DNA of 64,000 nucleotides from an uncultured Candidatus Poseidoniales archaeon (GTDB taxonomy: Archaea > Thermoplasmatota > Poseidoniia > Poseidoniales > Thalassarchaeaceae). Both the position numbers and the translations under genes were made by a program. Of the stretch, positions 10,010-19,683 are shown in pieces; position 1 is the first letter of the stretch, and every line of letters starts with the position of its first letter. The stretch lies in NCBI GenBank assembly GCA_964386765.1, contig CAYLUC010000004.1:1799-65798 (forward strand), written 5' to 3'. The notes under the pieces were generated by a model that ran no database searches, was not told the DNA's origin, and saw only the letters and a program-made list of their open reading frames with translations.

Positions 10010-10564
10010 ATGGCAATGACTGACGAAGAAACGATTACCCAAGCCGCTCAGATGATCACAAAAGGAGACTTCATGGGTGCAATGGACATTTTTGATGCGT
10101 ATTCCAAAGACCACCCATCGGATCCCGCGGGGTTCCATGGCTGGGCGGAAGCCGCACTATTCGAGGTCCAAGAGAATGGAAATCTGGATGATAAGGGGAA
10201 TGACAGAATTAACGAGGGGCAGATAGCAGCTTACTTCAGAAAAGCCTCGTCAATGGATCCAAAGAATCCAGACTACTTGGCTTCTTATGCAGGGGCATTG
10301 CTAACGTTCGACCGAATTCCCATGGCCGTTCGCGAGTTCAGGAAACTCAAGGCCCTCGGGGACGAACTGGATGACGTGGACGTTTCTTTCCACCTCTACG
10401 AGGCTGCTAGGACACTAATCGAATTGGTCGATATGAAGACAAACTACGACAGGAGTAACCCCAATGCAAGGCAATTCATTCCAGTAGCTCTAGAGTTCTC
10501 AATTCTCGGCCTTGGTTTCTCCTCAGTGGACGAAGCGATGGAGTACCTCCTTACAGAGGAGTGA
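10010..10564 (+). CDS. TPR-like helical repeat protein
   Basis: TPR-like patterns AAYFRKASSMDPKNPDYLASYA and AMDIFDAY...PSDP. Confidence 0.65.
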   Translation: MAMTDEETITQAAQMITKGDFMGAMDIFDAYSKDHPSDPAGFHGWAEAALFEVQENGNLDDKGNDRINEGQIAAYFRKASSMDPKNPDYLASYAGALLTFDRIPMAVREFRKLKALGDELDDVDVSFHLYEAARTLIELVDMKTNYDRSNPNARQFIPVALEFSILGLGFSSVDEAMEYLLTEE

Positions 10565-10573
10565 GGGGATAAT

Positions 10574-11455
10574 TTGGACAGCGACCGATTCCTGGTCGCT
10601 ATTGGGTATAGGGGGGACACCTTCCACGGTTCCCAAATACAACCGAATGTAAGAACCGTCCAAGGTTCCCTATCCGATGCCCTCAGGAAAATTGGCTGGT
10701 GGACTGACGGCTGTCTGCGCATGTCCAGTAGGACAGATGCTGGAGTGAGTGTCAGGATGAACCTAGCAAGAATAGACCTCCCCCAAGCAGTTTCAAGGTC
10801 GATTGATGACACAAGACTGCTTAGGGCACTAAACGACCACCTCCCTGAAGATGTGGTGGCTTGGGGGGCCAGGAGAGTTCCCGAGAGGGCGCCAAATAGG
10901 CCCGTTGTGTCTAGAAAATACTACTATCGCTCGGAGATATCTAGGCGTTGGCCAATTGATGTCGATATTGATGTCCTCCAACGTGCGTGCTCATTATTGG
11001 AGGGGAAGCATGACTTCGCGAATCTATGTAGGGTTGAGGAAGGAAGGGTCACTGAGAGGACAGTTGATGTGTGTGTACCATGGATCAACTCCGAGGGCCG
11101 GCCCATTGGGATTATGGTTTGCGCCCAGTCATTCTTATGGAATCAGGTTAGAAGGATGTCATCAGCTGTAACTGGGGTGATCTCCGGAGAAATTGGTATG
11201 CATGAATTGGAAGAGGCAATCAGTAATCCACAGAATCCATCGGACTTAGGAATGGACCCTCCGGAAGGATTGGTCCTCTGGGAGATTGAACACACCTTCC
11301 TTGATGGCGTGGGGCTAAATTCAATTCCTGATACTAGTAACTTCACAACTCCGCCAGAGGGGCTCAGGGAGCATGATATCTGGACGGGACTTTGCAAGCT
11401 GGAGATGTCATCGATGATTCACTCGGAGTGGATTAATCAGTATGGCCTATTCTAA
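10574..11455 (+). CDS. truA: tRNA pseudouridine(38-40) synthase
   Basis: FHGSQIQPNVRTVQG, SRTDAGVS (catalytic Asp), GKHDF and SFLWNQVRRM motifs. Confidence 0.93.
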   Translation: MDSDRFLVAIGYRGDTFHGSQIQPNVRTVQGSLSDALRKIGWWTDGCLRMSSRTDAGVSVRMNLARIDLPQAVSRSIDDTRLLRALNDHLPEDVVAWGARRVPERAPNRPVVSRKYYYRSEISRRWPIDVDIDVLQRACSLLEGKHDFANLCRVEEGRVTERTVDVCVPWINSEGRPIGIMVCAQSFLWNQVRRMSSAVTGVISGEIGMHELEEAISNPQNPSDLGMDPPEGLVLWEIEHTFLDGVGLNSIPDTSNFTTPPEGLREHDIWTGLCKLEMSSMIHSEWINQYGLF

Positions 11456-11876
11456 TGCTCACGAAATCTCCATCATTGCATGGGATGCTTTCTCTCAGGA
11501 ATGACTTGGATATCACTTCCGCGGTTTCTGTGTGGCGAGTCAGGTCAGGGATTAGAACCGCACAATCAGTCCAAGTTTCACCATCTATCGATATTCCAGC
11601 TATGAATGAAGTAGCTCCTCCGAAGGATCTGCCATCTCTTTCGAATCCCAGTATTCGCGTAGGCACAATCGACTCATCCTTTTCTCCATCTTCAAGTCCG
11701 GAAATCACCCTCAATTTCTTGTAGCTTCCAATGCAGTCACTGCCTAATTCGACATTCAAGGTACCTGGCCACGCACTGGCTCCCAGCACGCTCTTGAACT
11801 GCTCTTGGTAATGTGGTTGAGCCATGAAAACATGAGCCCTGCCAAGGCCACTCGAAACTAAGCCGGACAGGAGCAT
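11433..11876 (-). CDS. ribK: CTP-dependent riboflavin kinase (archaeal)
   Basis: G.VSSGLG, WPGTLN, GFERDGRSFG, P..TRH and EVIS...LR motifs. Confidence 0.9.
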   Translation of the reverse strand: MLLSGLVSSGLGRAHVFMAQPHYQEQFKSVLGASAWPGTLNVELGSDCIGSYKKLRVISGLEDGEKDESIVPTRILGFERDGRSFGGATSFIAGISIDGETWTDCAVLIPDLTRHTETAEVISKSFLRESIPCNDGDFVSIRIGHTD

Positions 11877-11913
11877 GAACAGCCCTCAGGAGACTCACTG
11901 ATAAGTTTCCTCA

Positions 11914-12864
11914 TCACCCAAGGTCGTAAACTTCCCCCGGTTCACTGACTCTCCACCCCATTCTTCCAACGATTCGTGACTCCTCACTGTCCACGTTGTT
12001 GAGTGGGTTGGTGTGATTTAGGTGAAAAAATGCAATATCCGGGTCCCCCACCACCCATTCTCCTAACAATTCAAGGGACTCACAAACCGTAGGATGAGGA
12101 ATTTCCGACATGTCCCTTCCAGACAATTCATCAGAGTCCCAGAAAGTACCGTCAATCAAGGCATAATTGATGTCCAGTGAAGTCAGCCACTCCCTAATTG
12201 AAGCCCCTTCCAACGTCTCTCCCCATGAGTCTTGATCGGGCATGAAAAGAAGGTTTGACTCCTTGCCACTGACAAGAATTGCATGATTGTCCGACAACTC
12301 TGCTCTGTGAATAACTGGAATCGGCGTGATCGTAAAACCGCAACCGGGAGTCGGCTCAAATGGAGTCATGCTTTCCCACTGTTTAGGGACGAGTACTCCC
12401 TGCTCCACCATTATTCTCCAAGTCGGGTTTTCATGAATCAGGGACAACATCGACTTACTGCAGTGCAGAATAACGCCTTGCCCCCCAATGGCCTCTCTGC
12501 CTAAGAGCCTCAAGCCATCGGTGTGCCCCAGATGTGCATGGGTCAGGATAGCACTGTTCAACGGCCACTCGAAGCCACATGCCTTATCCCAAATCTCAAA
12601 TTGTTCACCAATATGTCTCCCAACTTCTATGATATGCGATGACCCATCAGAACCGACTATCCCTAATGCTACGGGAGTTCTCGCAAGTCCCGTCCCCGAA
12701 CGAGCCCTCTGACAGCAAGGTAGTTTGCAACCAGGTTGGGGGAATCCCCCATCCTGTGCAGTTCCGAGAACAATTGCCCGGGTATTGGTGCCTGCCACAA
12801 TTGCCCGAGTAGCCCCATGGACATGAAACGCTCGCTCCGATGGAGCAATGAACCCCACCTCCAC
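11914..12864 (-). CDS. PqqB-like metallo-beta-lactamase-fold hydrolase (true start probably near 12798)
   Basis: LGTAQDGGFPQPGC..PCC, THAHLGH, PVIHRAE.S, DGTFW, IPHP and HLNHTNP motifs. Confidence 0.85.
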   Translation of the reverse strand: MEVGFIAPSERAFHVHGATRAIVAGTNTRAIVLGTAQDGGFPQPGCKLPCCQRARSGTGLARTPVALGIVGSDGSSHIIEVGRHIGEQFEIWDKACGFEWPLNSAILTHAHLGHTDGLRLLGREAIGGQGVILHCSKSMLSLIHENPTWRIMVEQGVLVPKQWESMTPFEPTPGCGFTITPIPVIHRAELSDNHAILVSGKESNLLFMPDQDSWGETLEGASIREWLTSLDINYALIDGTFWDSDELSGRDMSEIPHPTVCESLELLGEWVVGDPDIAFFHLNHTNPLNNVDSEESRIVGRMGWRVSEPGEVYDLG

Positions 12865-12873
12865 TTGGGAGTC

Positions 12874-14052
12874 ATGGCAGCCGACTTGTCGTGGATGAGG
12901 CAGAGATACGAGGAGCTGCGTTCGCAGGGCCTTGATTGGAACCCCCCGACTCTAGAGTCTGCCAGTGAACCGAGGTGCATTGTCGATGGAACGGAGATGA
13001 TCATGCTCTCAGCCAATAACTACCTCAATCTGACCACTCACCCAAAGGTAGTTCAGGCCGCAATCGAGGCTACGCGGATGTACGGGGCAGGATCAGGTTC
13101 TGTAAGGGCGATTGCAGGAACTCTGGATATCCACATAGAGGCCGAGAAGGCGGCAGCCCAATTCAAAGGCGTAGAATCATCCCTAATTTACTCGGCCGGA
13201 TACACTGCAAACGTCGGACTAATACCGACATTGGTCAGGGGGAAAGAGGATCTAATCATCTCAGACGAATTGAATCATGGCTCAATAATAGACGGCGTAC
13301 GTCTTACCAAAGCTTCTCGAGCAGTTTACCAGCACAATGACGTTGGGGCGTTGGAGAGGGTACTCCAAGAAAACAAGGAGGCAGACAGGAAACTAATCAT
13401 CACTGACGGAGTCTTTAGCATGGATGGGGATATTGCCCCACTGGATGAAATAACAGAAATTGCCGAAGAGTATGGTGCGATGATTTTTGTCGATGACTGC
13501 CATGGAGAGGGAGTTCTGGGTGACGGAAAGGGAATAGTCGCCCATTTCGGACTTCAGGGAAGGGTGGATTTCGAAATAGGATCTTACTCCAAGGCAATGG
13601 GAGTTCAAGGGGGAATTCTAGCCGGTTCTGAGCAAGTTAGAACTCATGCACTCAACCATAGCCGCTCATGGCTTCTCTCAGGTAGTCAACCCCCGGGAGT
13701 GGCCGCCGCCCAGAAAGCAGCCGTGGAAGTTCTCATGGAAGAGCCAGAGCATGTTTCAAGACTATGGGAAAATACAGATTACTTCAGAGAGCAACTGAAT
13801 TCAATGGGTTTCGATACAGGCAATTCGGAAACACCGATAATTCCAGTGATGTGCGGAGAGAGCAGAATGGCCCAGGAACTTTCTAGCAGTTTGAAGAAAC
13901 AGGGGGTATTAGTTGGCGCAATTGTATTCCCAATGGTTTCAAGAGATAAGGCGAGAGTTAGAACTCAGATGTCCTCGGGATTATCGAGAGAAGACCTCGA
14001 CGAAGTCCTCTCAGCCTTCGAACTGAGTGGCCGTAAGTTGGGCTTATTGTAG
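12874..14052 (+). CDS. kbl: Glycine C-acetyltransferase / 8-amino-7-oxononanoate synthase family PLP enzyme
   Basis: SANNYLNL, GAGSGSVR, SDELNHGSIIDG, TDGVFSMDGD, DDCHG and SKAMG motifs. Start set at ATG 12874 after GGGAG. Confidence 0.85.
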   Translation: MAADLSWMRQRYEELRSQGLDWNPPTLESASEPRCIVDGTEMIMLSANNYLNLTTHPKVVQAAIEATRMYGAGSGSVRAIAGTLDIHIEAEKAAAQFKGVESSLIYSAGYTANVGLIPTLVRGKEDLIISDELNHGSIIDGVRLTKASRAVYQHNDVGALERVLQENKEADRKLIITDGVFSMDGDIAPLDEITEIAEEYGAMIFVDDCHGEGVLGDGKGIVAHFGLQGRVDFEIGSYSKAMGVQGGILAGSEQVRTHALNHSRSWLLSGSQPPGVAAAQKAAVEVLMEEPEHVSRLWENTDYFREQLNSMGFDTGNSETPIIPVMCGESRMAQELSSSLKKQGVLVGAIVFPMVSRDKARVRTQMSSGLSREDLDEVLSAFELSGRKLGLL

Positions 14053-14057
14053 GTGAA

Positions 14058-14525
14058 ATGATGACTCCTGATATGCCACAATTACCAAGCTCAAGTAAAT
14101 GGCCTGTTTCAACAGACATCACAGTCAATTGGGGCGATATGGATGCACTTGGCCACGTAAATCACTCCGTTTTCGCCACATGGATGGAGACTGCAAGAAT
14201 GATTTACTTCTCCAAGACTGGTATGATGGAGATATACGAAGAATCCAACATAGGCCCTATCCTAGCTAGGATTGAAATTGACTACAAATTCCCAATAGTC
14301 TTCCCTGACACTGTCAAGGTAATGACCTCTGTATCTCGTATTGGGAACTCCTCCTTTGACATGGAGTACCGTATATCTAGCCATGAAAACGGAGGTGAAA
14401 TTGCAGCTACTGGCAAGGTAGTCGGCGTCCTAGTGGATTACAATACGGGGAAGCCAGTGCCAATTACCGATGAGATCAGGGAGTCAATCATCAATATTGA
14501 AAGTGGAATCTCTGCAAACGATTAG
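14058..14525 (+). CDS. Acyl-CoA thioesterase (hotdog fold, 4HBT/YbgC family)
   Basis: WGDMDALGHVNH...ETAR and RIGNSSF motifs. Confidence 0.9.
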   Translation: MMTPDMPQLPSSSKWPVSTDITVNWGDMDALGHVNHSVFATWMETARMIYFSKTGMMEIYEESNIGPILARIEIDYKFPIVFPDTVKVMTSVSRIGNSSFDMEYRISSHENGGEIAATGKVVGVLVDYNTGKPVPITDEIRESIINIESGISAND

Positions 14526-15139
14526 GCCACATCGACCACTTCTTCTAGCTCTGAGTCTGACTCATCCCCAGATTCATCCTTAGTCCCGTAAATCGTAACT
14601 TCCATCCCCTCAAATGGTTCCATTCCTCTGTCTATCCTGTCAAGAATCCTCCATCTGGGGGCATAGGATAGGTGTATCCAGAGAGGCCCAGGCAATATCA
14701 ACAGCCCCCATCCCAGCCACTGTAGGAAAGAGTCAGAGTCCTCAAATATCATGCTCACAGAAATCGCAACAAGCCCCAAAAATGGAAGTGGGAAAATGAA
14801 TTTCCTTTTGTTTTCCAATCTCGTCGGGGGCCTTCTCACTATGGACGAAACGAGTGACGAGAAACCTCCTAGGAAAGATGTCATCGAAACTACAATCAGG
14901 GTCTGAAAACCCCAGTGCCTAGAAACATCCGTTATTTCCTGTTCGCCATTAATCACACCATTGTATGCGAATGGAAGCAGCATCGCCACTCCAATCATCA
15001 CCCCATAGAATCCCCCAACGAAAACGGGATGCCCACTGGTGAGTGAGCCCCTGAGGAAGAAATTACTCAGAGTCCCTCCTGCAAGCATATGCCTATGCTC
15101 GGGATCAAGCAATCCGACCTCCTCGCGCCAAGGTGTCAC
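14522..15139 (-). CDS. Hypothetical membrane protein (about 4 TM)
   Basis: Hydrophobic segments and an acidic tail; start uncertain (GTG 15139 or ATG 15088). Confidence 0.65.
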   Translation of the reverse strand: MTPWREEVGLLDPEHRHMLAGGTLSNFFLRGSLTSGHPVFVGGFYGVMIGVAMLLPFAYNGVINGEQEITDVSRHWGFQTLIVVSMTSFLGGFSSLVSSIVRRPPTRLENKRKFIFPLPFLGLVAISVSMIFEDSDSFLQWLGWGLLILPGPLWIHLSYAPRWRILDRIDRGMEPFEGMEVTIYGTKDESGDESDSELEEVVDVA

Positions 15140-15312
15140 GGCTTCCGCGCCCAATGTCCCGACTATGACCGTTGGGGTGCCAATAATATGTTGATTAGGG
15201 CATTTTCCGAGTATATTTCTGCTATTATGGGAAATTATTTCACATTCTCTCCAATGGAAACCCACCATACGGAGGGGTTATGACACATTCCCCTTTCCAA
15301 CGAGCCCGGGTG

Positions 15313-16488
15313 ATGCAATTGTCTGATGATGACTCCATATTCAACGTAACAGAGGCCCATCTAGACACCGGACTGAGGGGCATTCCCGTGGGCACATGTC
15401 AGACCTCATACGTAGACCCGTTGGAAGGGGTCCACTACGTGGGATACCCAGTAGCCGATCTTGTAGATTTGGAGGAAGAGGACGTAATCTACCTAATGTT
15501 GTACAAGGAATTACCCACCCCAGAACAATCGGAGAAATTCCGTTCTGAACTCATACATAGGGCAGAGTCTCTTCCTACGGGGGCCCTCAGGGTCCTCGAG
15601 TCGCTGACTCCGGGAAGCGGACATCCGATGGACTGGCTAGCTATCGGAATAATGGCTCTAGGGACTGCAGAGGCCACTGGAGATGTCAGAGCAGATTCAA
15701 TGAACCTAATCGCTAGAATGCCCGAGTTGATGGCCAGAGTTTTCCTTCTCAGGGGCGGCAAGAAAGAGCAACTGAAGCCACGTAACCCAGAACTTGGGCT
15801 CGTAGAGAACTTCGTTCATATGCTTGGGATAGAGGGAGAGGAGGCAAGGAATATGGAAAGGGTGCTGAGATTCTTCTTCATCCTCCACATGGATCATGGG
15901 GGTGGAAATCTCTCAACATTTACTGGTAAGGCCGTGGCATCAGGCAGGGCCTCTGTATATTCAGCACTCTCAAGTGCAATGAATGCCTTGTCCGGGCCAT
16001 TGCATGGGAGAGCTAACCAGTCGGTTCTGGAATTCGTTCAGAGAATCGGAACATCAGACCCCGAAGAGGTTTCTAACTTCGTGAATGCAGAAATAGATGC
16101 CCGTCGGCCAATTTACGGTTTCGGGCACGGGGTATTGAGGGCCGAGGACCCACGGGCGAAGTTGCTTATCGGACTTGGCGAGGAGATCTGTCCGGATGAC
16201 GAACTTTACAAGACTGTCAAGGTACTAAGGGAAATAACCCCAGAAATACTCAAGGAGAGGATTCCAAAGATCAGCAATCCATATCCGAATGTCGATTTGG
16301 GCAGTGGAACGCTGCTTCACTCGGTTGGCTTCAGGAAGCCCGATTACTATACCACATTCTTTGGCTGGGCGAGAGTGGCCGGTATTTGTGCACAGATTCT
16401 CGATGAGAGGAATGCCAGGGAAGGCAGAGGCACACCGATTTACAGGCCCAAGTACATACCAAAGAATCAGCCCCATAGAAGACTCTGA
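15313..16488 (+). CDS. gltA: Citrate synthase (eukaryote-like motif set)
   Basis: TGLRG, HPMD, HMDHGGGNLSTF, GPLHGRANQ, GFGHGVLR..DPR, YPNVD and IYRPK motifs. Start at 15310 or 15313. Confidence 0.92.
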   Translation: MQLSDDDSIFNVTEAHLDTGLRGIPVGTCQTSYVDPLEGVHYVGYPVADLVDLEEEDVIYLMLYKELPTPEQSEKFRSELIHRAESLPTGALRVLESLTPGSGHPMDWLAIGIMALGTAEATGDVRADSMNLIARMPELMARVFLLRGGKKEQLKPRNPELGLVENFVHMLGIEGEEARNMERVLRFFFILHMDHGGGNLSTFTGKAVASGRASVYSALSSAMNALSGPLHGRANQSVLEFVQRIGTSDPEEVSNFVNAEIDARRPIYGFGHGVLRAEDPRAKLLIGLGEEICPDDELYKTVKVLREITPEILKERIPKISNPYPNVDLGSGTLLHSVGFRKPDYYTTFFGWARVAGICAQILDERNAREGRGTPIYRPKYIPKNQPHRRL

Positions 16489-16491
16489 GTA

Positions 16492-17613
16492 CTAACTACT
16501 GTGAGTTTTTCCAGAGCCTCTGTGGCCAATGATCCTAGGGCACCCCCAAGGCAAACCAAGCGCAGACTCCCTCCTCCATTTTTCCTCCGAGCCATCCCAG
16601 AACGACCTTCTCCCCCTCTGAACCACAATCTCCGACTTTCTTTCCAAGGACAACTCGTTCCAGCTGGGGAGGGAGGAACTAGCTTCTCTGACTAGGTCTC
16701 CGTACTCTTCAACATCGGATGAACTGAATACTTCCTTCCATTCATCGTCCAGTGGTTGACTGGCCGGTCTGGGCCACCTGACGCTCCCATCGGGTTTGGC
16801 GAATAAGTTTGGATCCAAATGGTCAGAAACTAGGGAGACTCCGGCATCAATTAGGTCATCTTCAATCCTCAGTGGGGCCGGCCAAACAAATATCCCCATC
16901 CCCCTCAGTGACTTGTGGAGTCTACGAAGTCCCTTGCCTCGGATCCCAACTGTCGAACCGGGTCCAACGAACCTGGTCCATCCGTCTACGTAATCTAGGG
17001 CCATCCCAACCACCTCCATCCCCTCTTCTCTGAAATTACTGGCGATGGCCGGAACAGATGTCATAGCAAAATGCGGCATGGCCACCATTCTCTTTACTCT
17101 CCAGTATCTGCCCCACGATCTGATTCTCGGCATCAGCCTAGTAACTGGTATATCGAAGGATGACGATTTGGCAACAGAGGAGATTCTGGGCGAGAAACTA
17201 GAAACTATGGTAGTTTTATCAGGGAGATCCAACGGTCTGATGACCTCACCAATACGATCTAAAACAGACTCTAGATACTGATCGGTGTCAATTTTCGTGA
17301 CTGGATGTGGCACCTTTATCTCTATGTCCACGGTTTTCCCAGGCAATTTCCAAGAATCAGTAAAATTAGAATTTGACAGGAGCTCATCAAAAGTAAAAAC
17401 GCCCTTAGATTTCAATTCACTAGTGGATAAATTCTCGATGCACCTCCCAGCGATTCCCCCCTCTCCCGGAACGAACTCATCGTGATAAATCACCAGTTCA
17501 CCATCACTGTCCATCCTGATATCAAACTCTACTCCGTCTGAGAAATTGATGCCATGTACCAAAGCCTCGACGGAGTTCTCCGCCGGTTGCTCCCACGCGC
17601 CTTGGTCGACCAT
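16492..17613 (-). CDS. Glycerophosphodiester phosphodiesterase family protein, apparently circularly permuted
   Basis: ENS.EA, DGVEFDIR..SDG..VIYHD, DIEIK and VSSF motifs; IIGHRG occurs only at the C-terminus. Confidence 0.85.
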   Translation of the reverse strand: MVDQGAWEQPAENSVEALVHGINFSDGVEFDIRMDSDGELVIYHDEFVPGEGGIAGRCIENLSTSELKSKGVFTFDELLSNSNFTDSWKLPGKTVDIEIKVPHPVTKIDTDQYLESVLDRIGEVIRPLDLPDKTTIVSSFSPRISSVAKSSSFDIPVTRLMPRIRSWGRYWRVKRMVAMPHFAMTSVPAIASNFREEGMEVVGMALDYVDGWTRFVGPGSTVGIRGKGLRRLHKSLRGMGIFVWPAPLRIEDDLIDAGVSLVSDHLDPNLFAKPDGSVRWPRPASQPLDDEWKEVFSSSDVEEYGDLVREASSSLPSWNELSLERKSEIVVQRGRRSFWDGSEEKWRRESALGLPWGCPRIIGHRGSGKTHSS

Positions 17614-17712
17614 GAACACTCGAGAGAATACAGGCTCATAATGGATTAACTGAATAATTGCGTTATAGGCAAGATAATTACCTCTCTGCACGGACGAGGG
17701 TCAGGTGTAAAC

Positions 17713-19683
17713 ATGTCAGATACAGTTGAATTGGACCGGGCCTCGGACCCGCAAGCAGTAAGGGGTTATGCATTCTACGATTGGGGCAAGTCAGCGTTTG
17801 AAACGAGCGTCACCGTGGCGATACTCCCTGCTTGGTACGCATACCTATTTCTGGAGGCCAATGGGCTTACCACTACAATCGGAAATATCGACATGACCGG
17901 CGACGCTGTCTGGGCGTATGCAGTAGCAGCCGCCACATTGATGGTCGCAGTTCTGGCACCCGCCTTCGGCGTCATAGCCGATAGGAAGCCAATCAAGATG
18001 AGATGGCTGAGGTACCTGACGTATATCGGAGCTGGATCGACCTTCCTGATAGGCTTCGATTTCCTCTATGCTGGTTCAGAGTGGATTTGGCTGATGGTCT
18101 TCTTCCTCCTTGCCAACATAGGCCTCAACGGGGCCGGCGTATTCTACAATGCCATGCTGCCGCACATGGGTACTGACGATGAGATGGATGACATCTCCAA
18201 TCGTGCATTCGCGTATGGATATCTTGGCGGGGGAATCCTCCTCCTCCTTCACTTCATCCTGGTTCTTGGCATAGGTGGAGACTTCGTAATCAGGCTCTGT
18301 CTAGCATCTGCGGGGATTTGGTGGTACGGTTTCGCGCTCCTGACCTTCAAGTACGTCCCAGAACCTCCAGTAGAGCACGAGTCTACCGAAGAAACACTCA
18401 ACGACAGTTGGCTCAAGATGCTGTTTTCCAAGGGGGGCGCTTATTCTGAGGTCATTAAGACACTAAAGGAAGTCAGCAAGTTCAGAACACTGTTCATCTA
18501 TATGCTAGCCTACTTCTTCTTCATCGATGGAATAAACACCGTTACTGCAATGGGGGGTGTTTTCGGCTCCACTGTTCTTGGGGTAACCACAACGGAATTG
18601 ATGATCACAATTCTGGCTATACAATTCGTGGCATGGCCAAGCGCATTGGGATTCACTCACCTCGCAAATAAATGGGGTACGAAGAAGGCACTAAACGCCT
18701 CGTTGGTGGGATGGGTGGTGCTATGCTTCGCAGCATGCGCATTCGCACCCCTCTCACTAGACGCCCACGACCAGCACGACATTCTGTTTGAGTGGGATTC
18801 GGACGGGGACGGTATCGCCGACTCCTATGACGACGATATTGATGGGGACTGGGCTACCAATGATGAGGAAGTGGAAGCAGGCACTGACCCACTCGATTAC
18901 ATGGACAGCCCCTCGGGGCTCCCACAGACATGGCTTCAGGAAAGGCTGAGCACGGCTGGATCATATGTATCGTACATGAACTGGAACTTCGATCATAGTA
19001 TTGCACAGAAGACAGATTTCTCGGAAGATGAATTCGATGAGCAATCCTGGGCGGGGCAATTCTCGGAAATATTGCCTGTAGTGATTGGTGAGAAGAGCGG
19101 TATTTACGATTGGAAGTGGGGGAGCTCCGAAGACGATCCATATATGGTCCCAGTCGACAATCAGGCGTCGCTGGAGGAATTCCTTTCATCGATGGACGAC
19201 TCGAGATTCAGCGCTAGCGTTTCAGGAGGCCCTCTCGACTCATCGAGTTCGGTGGGTATGGATCATCCTACTAGCCTCGGTGATGGCCCTATAGATGTAA
19301 TTCCGGAGACAGTCAGGGATATCGTCTGGCAGCCTCTGGGACTGTCCGTCGGACTCCAGTTCCTAATACTGGGATGTGGGATGGGGACACTTCTTGGTGG
19401 CTCCCAAGGCCTTTCAAGGAGCATGTTTGGGCAAATGGTGCCCGAGACTAGGAGCGCCGAGTTCTTCGGCTTCTTCGGCTTCTTCGGGAAGGTGGCTGCT
19501 TTCATTGGGCCACTCCTGTACGCTACATTGACAGTCATGTTCGATAGCAGGGTCGGCGTTTTCAGTATCTCTTTACTAATTCTAATTGGGGCCTTCATGA
19601 TGAGAATTGTTGATGTGGAAGACGGAAGGGCCGCTGCTAAGGCAGAGGATGCGAAGAACAGAGGAATCTCTATTGATTCCTAG
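17713..19683 (+). CDS. MFS transporter, UMF1/Atg22-like, with an acidic Ca-binding-like insert
   Basis: YDWGKSAF, FYNAMLP, YGYLGGG, FIDGINT and SQGLSRSMFG..VP...SAEFFG motifs; about 190-aa insert with DSDGDGIAD..DDDIDGD and E..AGTDPLD. Confidence 0.9.
   Translation: MSDTVELDRASDPQAVRGYAFYDWGKSAFETSVTVAILPAWYAYLFLEANGLTTTIGNIDMTGDAVWAYAVAAATLMVAVLAPAFGVIADRKPIKMRWLRYLTYIGAGSTFLIGFDFLYAGSEWIWLMVFFLLANIGLNGAGVFYNAMLPHMGTDDEMDDISNRAFAYGYLGGGILLLLHFILVLGIGGDFVIRLCLASAGIWWYGFALLTFKYVPEPPVEHESTEETLNDSWLKMLFSKGGAYSEVIKTLKEVSKFRTLFIYMLAYFFFIDGINTVTAMGGVFGSTVLGVTTTELMITILAIQFVAWPSALGFTHLANKWGTKKALNASLVGWVVLCFAACAFAPLSLDAHDQHDILFEWDSDGDGIADSYDDDIDGDWATNDEEVEAGTDPLDYMDSPSGLPQTWLQERLSTAGSYVSYMNWNFDHSIAQKTDFSEDEFDEQSWAGQFSEILPVVIGEKSGIYDWKWGSSEDDPYMVPVDNQASLEEFLSSMDDSRFSASVSGGPLDSSSSVGMDHPTSLGDGPIDVIPETVRDIVWQPLGLSVGLQFLILGCGMGTLLGGSQGLSRSMFGQMVPETRSAEFFGFFGFFGKVAAFIGPLLYATLTVMFDSRVGVFSISLLILIGAFMMRIVDVEDGRAAAKAEDAKNRGISIDS

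Noticed and set aside
19463..19488. TTCTTCGGC x3 short tandem repeat
   Set aside because: It encodes EFFGFFGFFGK, a normal conserved motif of UMF1-type MFS transporters, and is not a contingency locus.
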